A stretch of 64,000 nt of DNA from Felis catus (GCF_018350175.1 NC_058383.1:25608001-25672000); one strand, 5' to 3'; shown: positions 1 through 12,499, counted from the stretch's first letter. Numbers and translations are program-made. Notes: generated from the letters alone by a model not told the origin.

Positions 1-39
1 TTGAACCCAAATACACACACATACAGAAGAAAAATGACC

Positions 40-285
40 AAGTAAAGACACAGGCAGAGATTGGAGTTATGCTACCATCAGCCAAGGAATGCCTAGGGTT
101 GCTGGCAACCTCCAAAAGCTAGGAAAGTAAGGAATAATTCTTCCCTAGAGTCTTCTGAGGAACATGGCCCTGACAACACCTTGATTTCAGACTTCTGGCC
201 TCCAGGACTGTAAGAGAATAAATTTGTTGTTTTAGGCCACACAGTTTGTGGTCATTTGTTATGGCAGCCCCAGGAAACTAATACA
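40..285 (+). mobile_element. MaLR (MLT1-type) LTR, 3' portion
   Basis: Typical MLT1 3' end: CACCTTGATTTCAGACTTCTGGCCTCCAGGACTGTAAGAGAATAAATTTGTTGTTTTA...GGAAACTAATACA. Confidence 0.85.
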
Positions 286-899
286 AAGTCCTGCTGTGTG
301 ATGACTGAAGGAGTTAATACAGGTAACCCTCTCTACCAGAACTCTTGCTATGAAAACTAAGGAACAAAATAGATTCAGATAGTGGGTACTACCCAGCACC
401 CAGGAATGCAATGGTAACCATTACTAATGGAGACCAACTCCCCTTCCAGTCTTGTCACAGACAGTCTCTGAGCTGAGGGCTCCATGTCCTAAATCAGTGA
501 TCCTAATCACCTGGAGGAGCTCACTAAAGTTACAGCTAACTGGGTCACACAACTCTGGATTCTGATTTAGTAGACTGGGTTGGGCTCCAGGAATGGTCAT
601 TTGAAGAAGTCAATGCTACTCCAGGTGCTACAGAGTAAGATGATCCATAGACCATACTTTGAGAAATGCTGCCTAGGACTCAGGGTATACACTCAGTCTC
701 TGGGTTTACCTGTTGGCATGTCCTAATGGATTCCAATGTGGACTTACCCACTCTGGCTCCAGTCTATCAAAGTAGCATGTCCCACCCTAGCACTAGCTAG
801 ATGCCATGGGTTTGGTCAACTCTTCATTCCCCAACACCATCCACACCCTATCTTAGACATCAAAATTGCTTAGCATTTGGGCAAAAGGTTTGAGGCTGC

Positions 900-1135
900 T
901 AAATAATAATAACAATAACAGTTATCATTTATTGAGCATCTATTGCATGTGAAGGCTTCACATATGGTATTCCTAAATCCCACAATAACTCTGAAAGTTA
1001 AGTTTAGTCATTATTGTGCATTTGAAGAAAAATGAAGCTCAGAGAGGCAACAGAATTTACTCAGAATCACCTAGCCAATAAACTAAAGATCTGGGACTTA
1101 ATCTATATCTGACCCTAAGTCCACATCCTTTCCTA
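900..1135 (-). mobile_element. MIR SINE fragment
   Basis: ATTTATTGAGCATCTA...GAAGCTCAGAGAGG core-SINE motifs in antisense. Confidence 0.6.
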
Positions 1136-1388
1136 GATAATTTCTGCTTACTCGGGTCCTTCTCATTCTTGCCATGACCCTCCTTCTAAAATAGAGAACA
1201 CCAGGTTGTGATAGTCAGGGTAATTAACACTAGCTACTATAACAAACATCCCCAAAATCTCAGTGACCTAACAAACAAGGGTTCATATCTTACACACATT
1301 ATAGTCTGATGAGGGTTGAGAAGATCTCCTGGGAAACTCTTTCTCATGGGTCCTAACATATTCCATCTGTGGTATTATAATCTTCAAA

Positions 1389-1390
<2 letters not shown>

Positions 1391-1432
<42 letters not shown>
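1391..1432. repeat. (CA)n microsatellite
   Basis: About 21 perfect AC units. Confidence 0.97.
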
Positions 1433-1436
<4 letters not shown>

Positions 1437-1565
1437 CATCTGTCTCCATTTCTTTATCCTTCAGACCCCTTTGTCAACATTATTTCCCCAGTGAAGTCCT
1501 CCCATATTCTCAGTCATATATTCCCACATCTCCCTAGTCTTCTCATATTATAAGACACTGTTGTT

Positions 1566-1792
1566 GGGGTGCCTGGGTGGCTCAGTCAGTTAAGCATCTG
1601 ACTCTTGATTTCAGCTCAGGTCATGATCTCATGGTTCATGAGTTCAAGCCCCACATCGGGCTCTTTATTGGCAGTGAGGAGGCTGCTTGGGATTCTTACT
1701 TTTCCCTCTCTCTCTGCCCCTCCCCTGCTCCCTTTCTCTCTCACTCTAAAATAAATAATAAATACATAAACTTAAAAAAATAATTAGAAAAA
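1566..1792 (+). mobile_element. CAN-SINE (older subfamily)
   Basis: GGGGTGCCTGGGTGGCTCAGTC head, (CT)n tract, A-rich tail, TSD AAGACACTGTTGT. Confidence 0.95.
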
Positions 1793-2924
1793 AGACACTG
1801 TTGTCTACCTAACCAGAATCCAAAATCCTCTCTATTATTTCTTCCTAACAAAATCTGATCACATCAGGCATTCACACCTCCCACATGTTATAGGGCAATG
1901 GTAATGTATCCCCAGCTATAGCTTAATTAGTCTTAACTGATCAGAGTAATTTATGACCCTGGCAATTGTTATTGGTTCCAGAAAGACCATATTATCTAAA
2001 TTGGCCAATAAGATTGAAGGGAAGGGATACAGTCTAGGTACAGCATGGAGACTTTTAGCATCTCTCCTGATAGAAGTGAACAATGAAGCATGGAGCCCGG
2101 CTGCCTTTAGATACCATCTTGCGCATTGGGAGAACCATGATGAGGCCAGCTCCAGGAAGGCAAAGCAGGGAGAAAGAAAGAATCTGGGTTCTCTTGACAT
2201 CACTGAGCTGCTGATCATTCCTTGCTTAGAGTCTACCCTATATAGACTTCCAACTCTGCGTGAATAAATTTCTTATTCCTAAGCAAGTTTTAAGCAAGAT
2301 TTTCTACCATGATGGCTTTAAAAGCCTAAGAGATACAACTATCATAATTTTCAACACACTATTATTTTTGCTTATTTAATTGCCTGCTGCCTCCAGATTT
2401 TCTCTACTAGACTATATTCTTTGTAAGGGCACAAGCTGTCTTATTTACTATAGACTTCTCAGGGCCTAGTAGTGAGAATAACTCTTAGTAGATACTCAAC
2501 AAACATCTGGGAATAAATGGATAACTTTAAGAATGAGAAAAAGGAAGTGGGCTCCTAACCAGCTTGGGACATAACCCTCCCCCCATCCCAACGGTGCTTC
2601 AAGCATCTACTGAATATTGTTACTAATGTACCTTGTAGCTGCTGAAAAATGCAACGGTGTTTTACTTAATCCATTATTTTTTTTCTAAATCAATGATTTT
2701 TAAATATTATTCAAGAAACATATATATAAGTACGTCATGCAAGGAAAGGCATTTGTCATGTGTGTGGTGGTCAACAAGTTAAAATTCACTAGTATTCCAG
2801 CTATGCCTCAATGCACCTCTGCATAAACCTCTCCTATAATCAGGCCTGAGCATTCAGATTTCAGACCAAGAATAATAACCCTATGATCCCAGAAAGGGAC
2901 ATCCACAACTGGAATAGACTTCCC

Positions 2925-3385
2925 AACTGCTTGTTGTGTAACAAATTACCCCCAAACTTAGCAGCTTTAAACAGAAAACATTCATTATTTCACAGTTTCT
3001 GAGGGTTAGGAATGTGGAAAGGCTCACTTTTGGTTCTGGCTCAAGGTCTCTCATGAAATTACAGTCAAGCCATTGGTTGCAGCTGCTTCTAAAAGGCTGG
3101 AGGATTCATTTCCAAGTTTAATTACATGGCTGTTGGCCATAGAGCTGCTCACAACCTGGCTTTCCCCAGAGTGATCCAGGAGAGAGAAAGCACATGAATC
3201 CAAAACAGAAGCTGTAGTCTTTTTATAACCTAATCTTGGAAGTGTCATACTATCACTTCTGCCATATTCTATTCATTAGAAGTTAGGCATTAAAGCCAGC
3301 TCACACTCAAAGGGAGGGGCTTAAGCTCTATGTCTTGAGGGGAAGATGTCAAAGAACTTGTGGATGTATTTTCAAAACCACAGTA
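2925..3385 (-). mobile_element. MaLR (MLT1-type) LTR, antisense
   Basis: TGTGTAACAAATTACCCCCAAACTTAGCAGCTTTAAACAG...CACAGTTTCTG is the reverse of an MLT1 3' end. Confidence 0.7.
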
Positions 3386-3499
3386 ACACTGAATCTGTTC
3401 TCTCCCCACTTAATACTCGTCTTCTGGGATTAACAACATTATGAGTGCTGCATCTTCATCACCACCACCACCATCATCACCATCATCATCAACACAAGA

Positions 3500-3750
3500 G
3501 AATGATATTTTAATTACTACCATTTTCTACTATGTGCCAAGCAATATGAGCCATGTGCCAAGCAAACACTTTATATGCATTTAGTCCCCACAACACAATT
3601 AGGTAGGTACTATTATTATTCCCATTATAGTTGAGTGCATGAGGCTTTAGGACAGTTAAATGATGTACTCAATGTAAAATAGCTAATAAGTGGATAAACC
3701 GGGATTTGGAACCCAGATCCATCTAACTGTGGAGTCCATGCTGTTAATAC
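3500..3750 (-). mobile_element. MIR SINE fragment
   Basis: TACTATGTGCCAAG...AGGTAGGTACTATTATTATTCCCATT...GGGATTTGGAACCCAG. Confidence 0.65.
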
Positions 3751-4391
3751 ACACACCCTCCCATTGGCCATAAAGGAAACTCCACCTGTCCCAACAATCA
3801 AGTCAGGTTCCCAAAGCCAACTGTCCCTATGAGGAACATTTTTTTTTTTTAGTCAAAACAAACAAACAAAAAACTTTGAAATCAGAGTTACATTAGGTCC
3901 AAATCAGAGGATGGAAGGTAGGAAATTGGAATATATAGAACACACTCAAGCACAGATCTAAGTGAAGAATCCAAGCACATCCCGAATGAATGCAAATCTA
4001 TGCAGATTAATGCAAATGAATGCAAGTGGCTATGCCAGTCTATGTAAATGACCACGTCCTGAAAAGCAAAGTGGGTGGGGGAGTCAGCTTTTCAGAGGCA
4101 ATACCCCCTGGTCTTGTCCTCTCTTGGCACTGGGGTCACCACAGGGCAAAAGGAAAAACCCTCCAGATCAAAGATGGTAAGAAAAGTTGCCCTGGTGGTG
4201 ACATCCAGAGCTTTGCAGTTCAGATACCTGAGTGAAGGGAGGACCCGCTTATCTAGCTCCCAACAAGCTGCCAGATTCAATATATTAGTAAAAATCAGTA
4301 AGGAAAAACCCTGTTTGCAAACAAGTGTTCACTTTCTTTTCCCAAAGGTAAATTAGCAAAAGCTGAATTGGAAATCTATCCCTCCACTGCA

Positions 4392-4580
4392 ATAATTCTC
4401 AAACCTTGGTGTGCATTAGAATCACCAAGGGTCCTTAAAGTGCACATCCCTGTGCCAGGCCTCAGACCTCCTGAGTCAGTGTTTGGGGGTGGGAGTCAGG
4501 CCCACTGGAAATCTGCACTTTTAAAACACATCCCAGATGATTCTGAATCAGCAAGTGCGTGGATCACCTTTTTAGAAAAC
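4392..4580. mobile_element. MER5-like hAT-Charlie DNA transposon fossil
   Basis: TTCTCAAACCTTGGTGTGCATTAGAATCACC...ATCTGCACTTTTAAAACACATCCCAGATGATTCTGA. Confidence 0.65.
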
Positions 4581-4599
4581 TGGCATTTAAAAACAAGTG

Positions 4600-4830
4600 T
4601 TTGGGAGCAGACAGACCTGGATTTGAATCTCAGGCCGACATTTACTAGCTGTGGGACCTTGGCTTGTTGACAAGGTGTCACAGTCCCAGTACCCTCATTT
4701 GTAAAACGGGGCTAATTTTATTCTTCCTCTCAAAGGATTGCTGTGAGGACTAAACAAGATAATTCATTTAAAGGGCTTGGCACAATGCCTGACACACAGT
4801 TAAAACTCAGTAAATATTTGGTACAATTAT
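4600..4830 (+). mobile_element. MIR SINE
   Basis: CAGACAGACCTGGATTTGAATCTC...TTTACTAGCTGTGGGACCTTGG...CTCATTTGTAAAACGGGG. Confidence 0.7.
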
Positions 4831-5947
4831 GAACATTTGCTGACGAAAGGTGGGAACCAGAGTCTCCTCTCAGTGTCCAGTCTGGCTCATAAAATAGGGA
4901 CTTGAACCATTATTAGGTGAATATTAGGTGAAAGCCTTTACCTTTCTATCACCCTCTCACTGACTCCTCCCACCGTGAGGCAGAGCAAAGATCTGATTGG
5001 TTAGTTGACCAGAGTCTGGGTTCCACTGGTCCATTGCTCCCTCCTGGCATCTCTGTCTCCCTCTTCATCCCTTTCTCCAGTCGTCCCTCTTCTTTCCCCA
5101 CTCCAGCCCTTCAGCACCTCTTCTCCCTTCCTTCCCCTCCCTCTTTCTCCCCCTCACTCCCAGCTCTCCCCATAAGAACGTCTCAAGTTCTAGACCAGAG
5201 GACCAGAGGGATGATTGGGTCCACACGTCCAAGCCCTGTTGTCCAATTCGAATTAGTCAGCAACAGGATACTTTTATCCCTGTCTTGCTCCTATGTCTGT
5301 TAATTTCTCAGTCCAAAACTCAAAGAGCAAAGGGGCAACCATCTGCCTGAAACTCCACAACCTAGTGTGTGCCTCCTAGAAACCTGTCCTCAACCCACAG
5401 TGGGTAAGTCCCCTTGATATCCATTGTCTAAGTTGGCAGTTTCCCACTGAGGCCAGCTACTCAGTCACGATTAACCATGGAAACCATACTTATGCACTAA
5501 TTTCACGGCTGTCAAGATTTCCTCTCATGGAGAATCCTTTATTTGCCTGAATTACGACTTTTGTTTTTCTATCAATGCTTAATCAAGTGGGTTAGTGTGT
5601 ACAAAATCAACAAGGAGAATAGCCATCATAAACAATACCTCAGAAGGAGCACCCCAGACTCGGCCCAAAAACAATTAATAATCAGGTTTGGAAGAAGCTT
5701 TCAAAAGCACGTGATACATGTTTGTAAACAATACCATTGTCGACTAGCTCTCCTGAAAACAGCAGCTGCATGCACGAGGTGCAGGCTACATGAGGGGCAT
5801 TCTGAGCAGCACTGTATATACATTCACTATCACATTTAATCCAGACAACAATCCCACTAGCAGAGGAGAACATGGAGATCACTGAATTCAGTGCCCAAAA
5901 CCATTCAACCAGAAGTTGCATGGCCAGGATTCAAATGTAGGTCTCTT

Positions 5948-6161
5948 GGGGCACCCGAGGGGCTCAGTCTGTTAAGTGTCCAACTTTGGCTCAGGTCATG
6001 ATCTCACAGTTCATGAGTTTGAGCCCCACGTTGGGCTCTGTGCTGACAGCTCGGAGCCTGGAGCCTGCTTCAAGTTCTATTTCTCCCTCTCTCTGCCTCT
6101 CCCTCTCTCACACTCTGCCTCTCTCTCGCAAAAAATAAACACTAAAAAAACTTTTAAAAAA
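5948..6161 (+). mobile_element. CAN-SINE
   Basis: Head, CT tract and tail; TSD AAATGTA(G/A)GTCTCTT. Confidence 0.95.
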
Positions 6162-6556
6162 TGTAAGTCTCTTGCCTAAAAAGTCTCTTTCCATTGTACC
6201 AGGATGACTCTCTGTAACCCTCTCAACATGTACCACTTGCATTAGATTATGTCAAGACAAATCTCGGGGCAAAATGGCTTGTTTTCATGCTTAAACTTGT
6301 AGAATAATTCCCAGATTCAAATCCTGGCACTTCTTGCTGTGACTTTAGGCAAATCACTTAACTTCTCTGAGTGACCCCCACTTTCTGGTATTCACACCCT
6401 ACGTAAACTCCTCCCCTTGAGTGTGCCTGGGACCTGTGACTTGCTTCTAATCAACAGAACAAGACAAAAGTAATGGGATGTCACTTCCATGACTAGGTTA
6501 CATAAGATCGTGACTCCTGTTTTGCTAGCAGACTCTTACCTTTCTCAGCTTGCATA

Positions 6557-6764
6557 TTTTTTTGTTTTTGTTTTTTTAATTTTTTTAATGTTTTATTTTT
6601 GAGAGCAGAGGAGAGGCAGAGAGAAAGGGACAGAGGATCCAAAGGGGCTCTGCACTGACAGGCTGACAGCACAGGGCCCAATGTGGGACTCGAACTCATG
6701 AACTGTGAGATCACGACCTGAGCTGAGGTCAGACGCTCAACCGACTGAGCCACCCAGGTGCCCC
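6557..6764 (-). mobile_element. CAN-SINE
   Basis: Antisense head CACCCAGGTGCCCC; TSD CTCAGCTTGCATATTTTT. Confidence 0.95.
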
Positions 6765-7029
6765 TCAGCTTGCATATTTTGATAAAGCTACCATGTTAGA
6801 AAGACCCATGTGGCAACAGACAAAAGGAAATGAGGCCCTCACTCCAATACCCATGAGGAATTAAATCCTAGCAACAAAAACGTGAGTTTGAAAGCAAATC
6901 CTTCCCCACTGGAACCCTGAGATGCCCAAAGCTCCTGACACCTTGACTGTAGCCTGGAAGAGAACTTGAGCCCCAGGACCCAGCTGAGCTCTGCCTGAAT
7001 TCCTGACCCATGAAAACTGTGCATTAATT

Positions 7030-7252
7030 GGGGCGCCTGGGTGGCGCAGTCGGTTAAGCGTCTGACTTCAGCCAGGTCACGATCTCGCGGTCCGTGAGTT
7101 CGAGCCCCGCGTCGGGCTCTGGGCTGATGGCTCGGAGCCTGGAGCCTGTTTCCGATTCTGTGTCTCCCTCTCTCTCTACCCCTCCCCCGTTCATGCTCTG
7201 TCTCTCTCTGTCCCAAAAATAAATAAAAAACGTTGAAAAAAATTTTTTTAAA
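7030..7252 (+). mobile_element. Young felid CAN-SINE (SINEC_Fc type)
   Basis: Diagnostic GGCGCAGTCGG/GCCAGGTCACG/CTGGGCTGATGG, CpGs retained, TSD AAAACTGTGCATTAAT. Confidence 0.97.
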
Positions 7253-7609
7253 AAAACTGTGCATTAATAAATGCGTGTTCTTTTAAATCACTAAGTTTTA
7301 CAGTGGTTTATTAAGCAACAACAGATAACTAACCATTCAATCATTGATTCATTCAAACATTCATTGAGCCACTACTACATGCCAGGCACAATGCTAGAGT
7401 TGGAGATACAGAAAGAGCTAGGGCATGGTCTGTATCCTCAGGTGGCTCAGTCAAATGCAGGATATAAATGAGAGCAAGATACACAGCCCACAAGAAACAA
7501 TGTATTACCTGTGCACAAGGATGCAGGGTCAATATGCATGGCAATATCATTTGTCAAAATGTAAATCCTATGTGTTAAATTTTTCATTAAAATGTAAAGG
7601 TAAAATTTA

Positions 7610-7835
7610 GGGGGGCCTGGGTGGCTCAGTCGGTTGAGCATCCGACTTCAGCTCAGGTCATGATCTCGCGGTCCATGAGTTCGAGCCCCACGTCGGGCTC
7701 TGTGCTGACAGCTCAGAGCCTGGAGCCTGCTTCAGATTCTGTGTCTCCCTCTCTCTCTGCCCCTCCCCCGCTCATGCTCTGTCTCTCTCTCTCTCTCTCT
7801 CTCTCTGTCAGAAATAAACATTAAAAAAAATTTTA
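7610..7835 (+). mobile_element. CAN-SINE
   Basis: Full head, CT tract and tail; TSD AATGTAAAG(G/A)TAAAATTTAG. Confidence 0.96.
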
Positions 7836-7993
7836 ATGTAAAGATAAAATTTAGTGTAAAATAAAAGAGGATAAACTTAAATATGTCCATCAACAGGGAA
7901 ATGCCAAAAATGAGAAAAAAAAGAAAACCAAAACACAATTATATTTGCAATCCATGAAGTCTATGAAATGCTTAACAGCCATTAAAGATAAAA

Positions 7994-8216
7994 GGGGTGC
8001 CTGGGTGGCTCAATCAGTTAAGTGACTTTGGCTCAGGTCACCATCTCCTAGTCTGTGAGTTTGAGTCCCGCGTTAGGCTCTGTGCTGACAGCTGAGAGCC
8101 TAGAGCCTGCTTCATATTCTGTGTCCCCTCTCTCTCTGTTCCTCCCCCACTCATGCTCTGTCTTTCTCTGTCTCAAAAATAAATAAACGTTACAAAATTA
8201 AAAAAAAAAAAAAAGA
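7994..8216 (+). mobile_element. CAN-SINE
   Basis: Head, CT tract, AATAAA and polyA. Confidence 0.95.
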
Positions 8217-8365
8217 AAGATAATGAAGTCTGTATTTATTCACATGGCAAAAATTCCAAGACATTGAAATTACAATTACACTGCTGGTTGAAAAAAATTT
8301 TTTAAAGCAGGATCAAAAGGATTATTCAATACGATACCATTTGTGTTTTAAAAACAATCCACTCT

Positions 8366-8577
8366 GGGGGTACCTGGGTGGCTCATTTGGTTAAACATCC
8401 AACTTCAGCTCAGGCCATGATCTCTTGTTCGTGGGTTCAAGCCCCACATCAGGCTCTGTGCTGACACTCAGAGCCTGGAGCCTGCTTTGGATTCTGTGTC
8501 TCCCTCTCCCTCTTCCCCTCCCCCACTTGTCCTCTGTCTCTCTCTCTCTCTCTCAAAAAATAAACATTCAAAAAAAT
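8366..8577 (+). mobile_element. CAN-SINE
   Basis: Head, CT tract and tail; TSD ATCCACTCTG. Confidence 0.95.
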
Positions 8578-10377
8578 TATCCACTCTGCACACACACACA
8601 CACACACACACACGTCATGTATGCAGAGCATTTTGTGATGAGAAAGGAGGACAAAGGAGTCTTTAGAATGATCTTTAATTTGCAATTTTTTACAAGAGCA
8701 ATGTTTCAGGTATTGTGTAACCAACAGTCGACATCAGTAAATAAATAGCCAAATACACACAGTGAAGCAGTACAAGTGCTCAAGTACTGTGGGGCACAAA
8801 GCTGGAAGTAGTCTTTCCCTCCAAAGGTGTGGATGGCGTCAAGACAGGCTTCGTGGAAAATGCAATTACTCCAAAGTCACCTTCACCTCTCCTACTGACA
8901 TTTTCCTATATACAATTTCCCTTCTGTCACCTCTCTCTGAAGAAGCAGGCCACAAGGCCCTTCTGAAGTCCGCTACAAACTGAAGAAGGTCCTCTTGAGA
9001 GGCTGGAGAAGGGGACCTGGGGCTGTTTCCAAAGTTCCCAGGGACCCAGGGGGATGGCTGGGCCTTCCAGACACCCAATGAGCTCTTTGTACCCCACTGA
9101 GCTGTCCATTCATAAACTCATAATTATGAGCTATCTTCCAATTCAAGGATGCTGCTGCTGATTGCTACTATGGGGAACCTGTGTCTTGTGAAGGGTAAGG
9201 GTAATGGTAATGGTGATGGATGATGGCCTCCCACCACTTTCCCTTCCTCATCTGCCCTAATCTGCCAGGTCTCTGGTCTGACAGTGGCTGGCTGCCGAAT
9301 GGAGTGAGGAAACCCACTGGAGGACTTCTGAATAGAAAAAACTAAATCCCCCAACATGCTGGGACTCAAACCACAGTTAGGATCCTGTTAACTCCACATC
9401 TTAACCAACTAAGCTAAATGCCCATAATGAACCAAGTATCTCCTTTCAAAGCAATAAACTCACCCAGGGAAAGCAATTAACTGGACCAATATAGGTAGAA
9501 GGGAACAGAGAAGAAACATTTATCAACAGTCTCCTAAGTACTTGCCTATTTTCCCTCTCATTTAATTTCTCTAAAAATCTTTTTCTTATTTATTTATTTT
9601 TATTACCCACTAGAATTATAAAGTCTTCATTATTATTATTGACCACTTTATGGATGAGAAAACAGAGGCTCAGAGAGGTTCTGCAACTTTCTCAATACTA
9701 CACAGCTAAGAAGCTAATGGATTTGGCCCTTATATTAATGTGTCCATTTTACAGATGAGGAAACTGAGGGTTATGATAGAGATTAGGTGGCTTTCTCAGG
9801 GAGGGACATGTGGCTGAGAAATGATGTGGTCATTATTTCTGAACTTAAAGGCAGAGTTCTTCCCCCTAGTTTGATGCCCAGAGACAGAAGCAGCATCTCA
9901 CCCTCTTTATCACTCACTAGGAAGCTGGATCAGACCTTTCCTGATCTCCCTACATCACACTGCTTCTTGAAAGCTGGCCCAGGATTCATTCACAATTGAA
10001 TCGAAATGGGGCTCTGCTGAATATGTTATAATGCATATTCCTGGGCCCTGTCCTTGGTCTTTGAGTCTGCATTTGAAAAAACACCCCTGAAAGAATTTTA
10101 TGCACACTGAAGCTTGAGACCCACATTACAAGCATCCTGCCTTAACATCTGGCACATACATCTTGATCCATCAAGGACAAAGCAGCTTTTGAAAGAATGC
10201 TGTTTCATATAAGTGGGCCAAATTTTTTTAATTCATCATCATTTTACATTTATGAAATTCATTTTTGCCCCCCTTAATCAGAGGTCTAAAGGTAGCAGCT
10301 TTGAGCCATTCTTTGGCCAGATGTTTAGTCTCCCCACCCTGACACTTCACCGAGGGTTTTAAAAAGAATCTAGCTAT

Positions 10378-10650
10378 GGGGCACCTGGGTGGCTCAGTCA
10401 GTTAAACATCTGACTTCAGCTCAAGTCATGATCTCACGGTTAGTAAGTTCAAGCCCCATGCCAGGCTCTGTACTAACAGCTCAGAGCCTGAGGCCTGCTT
10501 TGGATTCTGTGTCTCCTTCGCTCTCTGTCCCTCCCCTACTCATGCTCTTTTTCTCTCAAAACTAAACATTTAAAATAATTTTTTAATAAAATAAAATAAA
10601 AATAAAAATAAAAATAAAATAAAATAAAATAAAATAAAATAAAATAAAAT
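10378..10650 (+). mobile_element. CAN-SINE with (TAAAA)n-expanded tail
   Basis: Head at 10378; tail expanded into a TAAAA repeat. Confidence 0.93.
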
Positions 10651-10651
10651 A

Positions 10652-10847
10652 GGGGCGCCTGGGTGGCTTGGTCGGTTAAGCGTCCGACTTCAGCTCAGGT
10701 CATGATCTCACGGTCCGTGAGTTCGAGCCCCACGTTGGGCTCTGAGCTGACAGCTCAGAGCCTGGAGCCTGTTTCAGATTCTGTGTCTCCCTCTCTCTCT
10801 GCCCCTCCCCTGTTCATGCTCTGTCTCTGTCTCAAAAATAAATAAAC

Positions 10848-10896
<49 letters not shown>

Positions 10897-10915
10897 GTAA
10901 AATAAAATAAAATAA
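10652..10915 (+). mobile_element. CAN-SINE inserted in the tail of the previous SINE, with (TAAA)n tail
   Basis: GGGGCGCCTGGGTGG head directly after the TAAAA run. Confidence 0.95.
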
Positions 10916-10973
10916 AGAATCTGGCCACAGCCCTAAAGACAGACCCCCTGTGTTCAAATCTTGGTTGCTCCAG

Positions 10974-11553
10974 CCGCTCTGGAAAAGTGTGGAGGTTCCT
11001 CAAAAAATTTAAAATAGATCTACCCTATAACCCAGGAATAGCACTGCTAGGAATTTACCCAAGGGATACAGGAGTGCTGATACATAGGGGCACTTGTACC
11101 CCAATGTTCATGGCAGCACTTTCAACAATAGCCAAATTATGGAAGGAGCCTAAATGTCCATCAACTGATGAATGGATAAAGAAACTGTGGTTTATATACA
11201 CAATGGAGTACTACGTGGCAATGAGAAAGAATGAAATATGGCCTTTTGTAGCAACATGGATGGAAGTGGAGAGTGTTATGCTAAGTGAAATAAGTCACAC
11301 AGAGAAAGGCAGATACCATATGTTTTCACTCTTATGTGGATCCTGAGAAACTTAACAGAAGACCATGGGGGAGGGGAAGGGAAAGAAAAAAAAAGTTAAG
11401 TGAGGGAGGGAGCCAAACCATAAGAGATTCTTAAAAACTGAGAATAAACTGAGGGTTGATGGGGTTGGGAGATGGGTACTGAGGAGGGCACCTATTGGGA
11501 TGAGCACTGGGTGCTGTATGGAAACCAATTTGACAAAAAATTTCATATTAAAA

Positions 11554-11601
<48 letters not shown>

Positions 11602-11617
11602 AAAGAAAGAAAGAAAG
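10974..11617 (+). mobile_element. 5'-truncated young L1 (felid type): ORF2 C-terminus, 3'UTR and A/(GAAA)n tail
   Basis: ORF 10987-11346 encodes the L1 ORF2 end (WRFLKK...CPSTDEWIKKLWFIYTMEYY...HMFSLLCGS*); 3'UTR ends ...TTTCATATT; TSD AAATCTTGGTTGCTCCAG at 10956-10973 and 11816-11833. Confidence 0.96.
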
Positions 11618-11815
11618 TTCCCCAGGTACAAAGTCTTTTTCTTTTCTTTTCTTTAACTTGTACCTCTCCTAATGTTCTCCACATCCACATCCAAAATAGA
11701 GCTTGCTAAAAAGTAAGTGCTCAAAAAGGTACAGTGGTATGGTGATTAATTGCTTGGGTGTAGGAATAAAAACTAAGCCCTGAGTTCAAAAAACAAAAAA
11801 AAAAAACACAAAAAG
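11618..11815 (+). other. L1 3'-transduced segment with its own AATAAA and poly(A)
   Basis: Non-L1 sequence between the L1 tail and the second TSD copy; AATAAA 11765-11770; A-tail 11788-11815. Confidence 0.85.
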
Positions 11816-11833
11816 AAATCTTGGTTGCTCCAG

Positions 11834-12005
11834 TCTCCAGCTGTGCCACTTACACACTCTGGATTTCAGTTTCCTCAGCCACCAAATGAGGTAATAACAG
11901 TCCAAGCCTCATAAGTATGTAAGAGTATTAAACATGCTCATGGATAGAAAGCTTACAGAAGAGTGTCTGGCACAGAATAAATACTCTGTAAAGATTAACT
12001 ATATT
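11834..12005 (+). mobile_element. MIR remainder (host of the L1 insertion; 5' part at ~10925-10973)
   Basis: CAGCTGTG...TCAGTTTCCTC...AAATGAGGTAATAACAG...CTGGCACAGAATAAATACTC. Confidence 0.6.
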
Positions 12006-12499
12006 AAAATGTAGACTTCCCATGGCACCACTTAGCTGGATTCAGGTGGTGTCTGCCCACTTTGGCCTTGGTGATGCTGTCACCCCACACACAGCACTTA
12101 GTCACCTTGCCATCCCTCATGGGATTCTCCAGGTGGTCCCGCAGGCCTTGGTGGCAGTGACACTAAGAACTTAATTAAAAGCACATGTCATCACTGCTGC
12201 TCCCAGGAGACAGAGGTTCTAATACTCTCATCCCATACACCAGCCCAAACCACACCCAGCCAGGAGGCCACCTCAAGACTCAGCACCCACATTCTTGGGG
12301 ATGGACGTGGAACAAGAGGCTCCACCAAGCCCTTCAAGATAAACGCCTGCCTTCCTGCCCAGTCTTATGTCTCACTCTCTCCTCCAGAAGGATTGTTGCA
12401 GGTACTCAGTGATCCTGCACCATCCCATGCTCCAGGAAACTATAGGCTTAACAACAGCTCCAGAATGGTCCTTCTAATCTTGTCTCCTGGCTAATTCAC

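Larger units (their letters stand above)
6372..7335 (+). mobile_element. MaLR (MLT1-type) LTR interrupted by two CAN-SINEs
   Basis: CCTCCCCTTGAGTGTGCCTGGGACCTGTGACTTGCTTCTAA...CCCAGCTGAGCTCTGCCTGAATTCCTGACCCA...ACAGATAACTAA. Confidence 0.75.

Noticed and set aside
5948..6764. Inverted SINE pairs as dsRNA/editing substrates
   Set aside because: Expected at this SINE density, and the sequence gives no evidence of transcription.
9120..9200. Possible exon ending at AG|GTAAGG (~9193)
   Set aside because: No convincing acceptor, partner exon or recognisable peptide; such donor motifs occur by chance.
10987..11346. 119-aa ORF as a host gene
   Set aside because: It is the C-terminus of L1 ORF2 in a 5'-truncated copy with no ATG or promoter.
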